Origin: Podarcis muralis
Lineage: Eukaryota
DNA length: 64,000 nucleotides
Direction of reading: 5' to 3'
Assembly (NCBI RefSeq): GCF_964188315.1
Contig: NC_135667.1
Location: 25,544,001-25,608,000 of the forward strand
Shown here: positions 61,830 to 64,000 of the stretch, piece by piece
Layout of the letters: every line of letters begins with the position of its first letter
Numbering within the stretch: the stretch's first letter is position 1
Position numbers and translations under genes: made by a program
The notes under the pieces: model-generated
Database searches by the model: none
Seen by the model: the letters and a program-made list of their open reading frames with translations, nothing else
Told to the model about the DNA's origin: nothing

Positions 61830-62776
61830 CAGTGGTACCCTGCAAGATGAACGCCTCGCGAGAAGAAAAACTCACAAAACGAAAGGTTTTTTCGTTTTCG
61901 AGTTGCCTCGCAAGACGAATTTCCCTATGGGCTTGCTTCGCAAAACGAAGCTTGCCCCGGGGACAGCAGGTCTTCTCTTTTGAAGCAAGGGGCGGCGGGG
62001 AGATCGCTTCTCCCGGTGCTCTGAAGCGGGGTGGGGGGGCGGGAACACCTGCCCCAGCCGCCGGGCTTCGTAGCGCTGCTGCGAAGCCGGGGTGGGGGGG
62101 CGGGAACACCTGCCCCAGCCACCCCGCTTCGGAACGCTGCTCCGAAGCGGGGTGGGGGGCGGGAACACCTGCCCCAGCCGCCGGGCTTCGTAGCGCTGCT
62201 GCGAAGCCGGGCGGGGGGCGGGAACACCTGCCCCAGCCACCCCGCTTCGGAACGCTGCTCCGAAGCGGGGTGGGGGGGCGGGAACACCTGCCCCAGCCGC
62301 CGGGCTTCGTAGCGCTGCTGCGAAGCCGGGCGGGGGGCGGGAACACCTGCCCCAGCCACCCCGCTTCGGAATGCTGCTTCCGAAGCGGGGTGGGGGGGCG
62401 GGAACACCTTCTGAAGGCGGGCGGGGGGCGAAAGTCTTTGTCCCCCCTGCCTGCCTTCCCAGGGGCTTTTAAATCGCCCCGGACAGCGGAGAAGTCCTCC
62501 GCTGTCCCGGGGCGATTTTAAAATGCCGCCCGCCAGCATTTTAAGATCGCCCGGACAGCGGAGAAGTCCTCCGCTGTCCCGGGGTTTTTTAAAATGCTGG
62601 GGGTGGGAAGAAAAGCCCTTGTCCCCCCCCCCCAGCCTTCAGAAGGCGGTTTCCCTAGGAACGCATTAATTGATTTTCAATGCATTCCTATGGGAAACCG
62701 TGCATCGCAAGACGAAAAAACCGCAAGACGAAGAGACTTGCGGAACGAATTAATTTCGTCTTGCGAGGCACCACTG
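61830..62776 (-). mobile_element. Non-autonomous Tc1/mariner/pogo-like DNA transposon (MITE-B), same family as 1335-3446
   Basis: TA TSD (61828-61829, 62777-62778), CAGTGGT(G/A)CC TIRs, and ~125-bp ends closely matching MITE-A. Confidence 0.9.
62025..62410. repeat. GC-rich tandem array of alternating ~60-bp hairpin subunits (~120-bp dimer x3)
   Basis: GGGAACACCT recurs at 62041, 62102, 62161, 62221, 62281, 62341 and 62401. Confidence 0.9.
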
Positions 62777-64000
62777 TATTACAAAAGCTGCCATCTCAAT
62801 GTCATAGGTATTGCTACAGGAAAGAACTATCCAGGAATCAATGTTGCAATAGAAGTGATTGATTACACTGGGCCCACAGAAAGACAATCTTGTGATTAGA
62901 AAGGCCGGTATAAAAATAATGAGGAAACCACATAGCCAGGAGCCAGCTGCCAGCTTCCTGGAGAGCTGGTTGTCCATGATGGTGCTATAGTGCAGGGGAT
63001 CACATATGGCCAAATATCGGTCATACGCCATGACAGACAGCAGGAAGTATTTTGTGCATCCAAAGGCAAACACAAAGTACATCTGAAGGATGCAGCCAGT
63101 GAAAGAGATGCTTCTGCTCCTCCCCAGAAAGATGGCAAGAGTCTTAGGGATAGAAGCTGTTGTGTACCATATTTCTAGGAAGGAGAGATTACATAGGAAG
63201 AAATACATGGGAGTATGGAGACGACGATTTGCTATTACCAGAATGATGATGGCCACATTTCCCAACAGTGACATCACATACATGATAAGAAAGAGCATGA
63301 AGATGGACATCTGTAAATACTGAGATCCCGGGAAGCCAAGAAGGATGAATTCCATCACTTTTGTTCCATTTTGCGATCCTTCATTTGTATTTCCCATCAA
63401 TCTTCTTTTAACTGCTCAAACAAATAGCCAAATTAACAGATTCATTATCCACCAGGAAATGATACAATATTGGATATATATATCTCCAACGTGAACCTGC
63501 CCATGCACCTTTCCCATCAACCTGTTATCTGTCAGGACTTTCCCCCCAAATACTCTGACTAGGGCTTTTTTAAAGCTGGAACTTGCCCGAACTGAGTTCC
63601 GCAACAAAGAAAACAGAGGATAGTGATATAATAGCAAGATGCAAAGTCACACAGAAATATATCACCAAAGGCAACTACTTCACAATGAGGAATATAAACA
63701 AGCAAACAAATAAATTCCAAAAGTAGTCTTTTTCTTTACAATCACTCATGTATTTGATAGAAGCAACATCAACTCCATTTGCAAATAGAACGCTGCAGGG
63801 CCTCTTTCTGTTCTTCCCTTGGGAGATATGTATATAGAGACAGATATGCCCATTTCTCTAAACTGTTGATTGTATACTGCAATGTCTTCATGGTACAGCT
63901 CCATGATTAAGCCCCTCTGTGGGAAGAAATGTTGATTGTACCAGAACAGCATCCAGGAGCTGAGTTTCGGATGTATATATGAATATATTATTATTTCATG

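Larger units (their letters stand above)
61513..63400 (-). pseudogene. Olfactory receptor (class II) split by a DNA-transposon insertion; 312 aa if the insert is removed
   Basis: N-part 63400-62777 (EFILLGF, LHTPMYFFLCNLS, MAYDRYLAIC) and C-part 61827-61513 (KAFSTCSSHL, PLLNPFIYTLRN). They join in frame as ...AFVI|SIIVILGS.... Confidence 0.9.

Noticed and set aside
61513-62539. ORFs of 277, 242, 204 and 122 aa suggesting a novel repeat-OR fusion protein
   Set aside because: They are read-through from MITE-B repeats into the orphaned OR C-terminus, with no promoter or credible start evidence.
31862-63400. The two inward-facing ORs as outer parts of the inverted duplication
   Set aside because: Their proteins are only distantly similar and the flanks do not align. 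Arm homology stops near 33078 and 60803.

Overview
Squamate (lizard) genomic DNA, probably a lacertid; this is inferred from the Sauria SINEs and the V2R architecture. The window is a chemoreceptor cluster with five six-exon vomeronasal type-2 receptor (V2R, class C GPCR) genes whose exons I rebuilt from GT/AG boundaries and conserved exon sizes. Four have intact reading frames and one has a nonsense codon. Two olfactory receptor (OR) genes are interleaved and both look disabled: one by a 1-bp frameshift at its start, the other by a DNA-transposon insertion. Two of the V2Rs lie in the arms of an inverted duplication (about 33.1-41.8 kb and 50.5-60.8 kb) that brackets a third V2R and shows patchwork, conversion-like identity. 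V2R-1 intron 2 holds a 6.4-kb class I ERV with essentially identical 1.3-kb LTRs and a 4-bp TSD but a heavily deleted interior. Two TA-flanked Tc1/mariner/pogo-type non-autonomous elements share the same termini but carry different GC-rich hairpin minisatellites. All five V2R 5' flanks share a bipartite non-coding motif (COE/EBF-like site plus TAATTA), a candidate squamate V2R promoter. All coordinates and counts were made by eye with no alignments or database searches.
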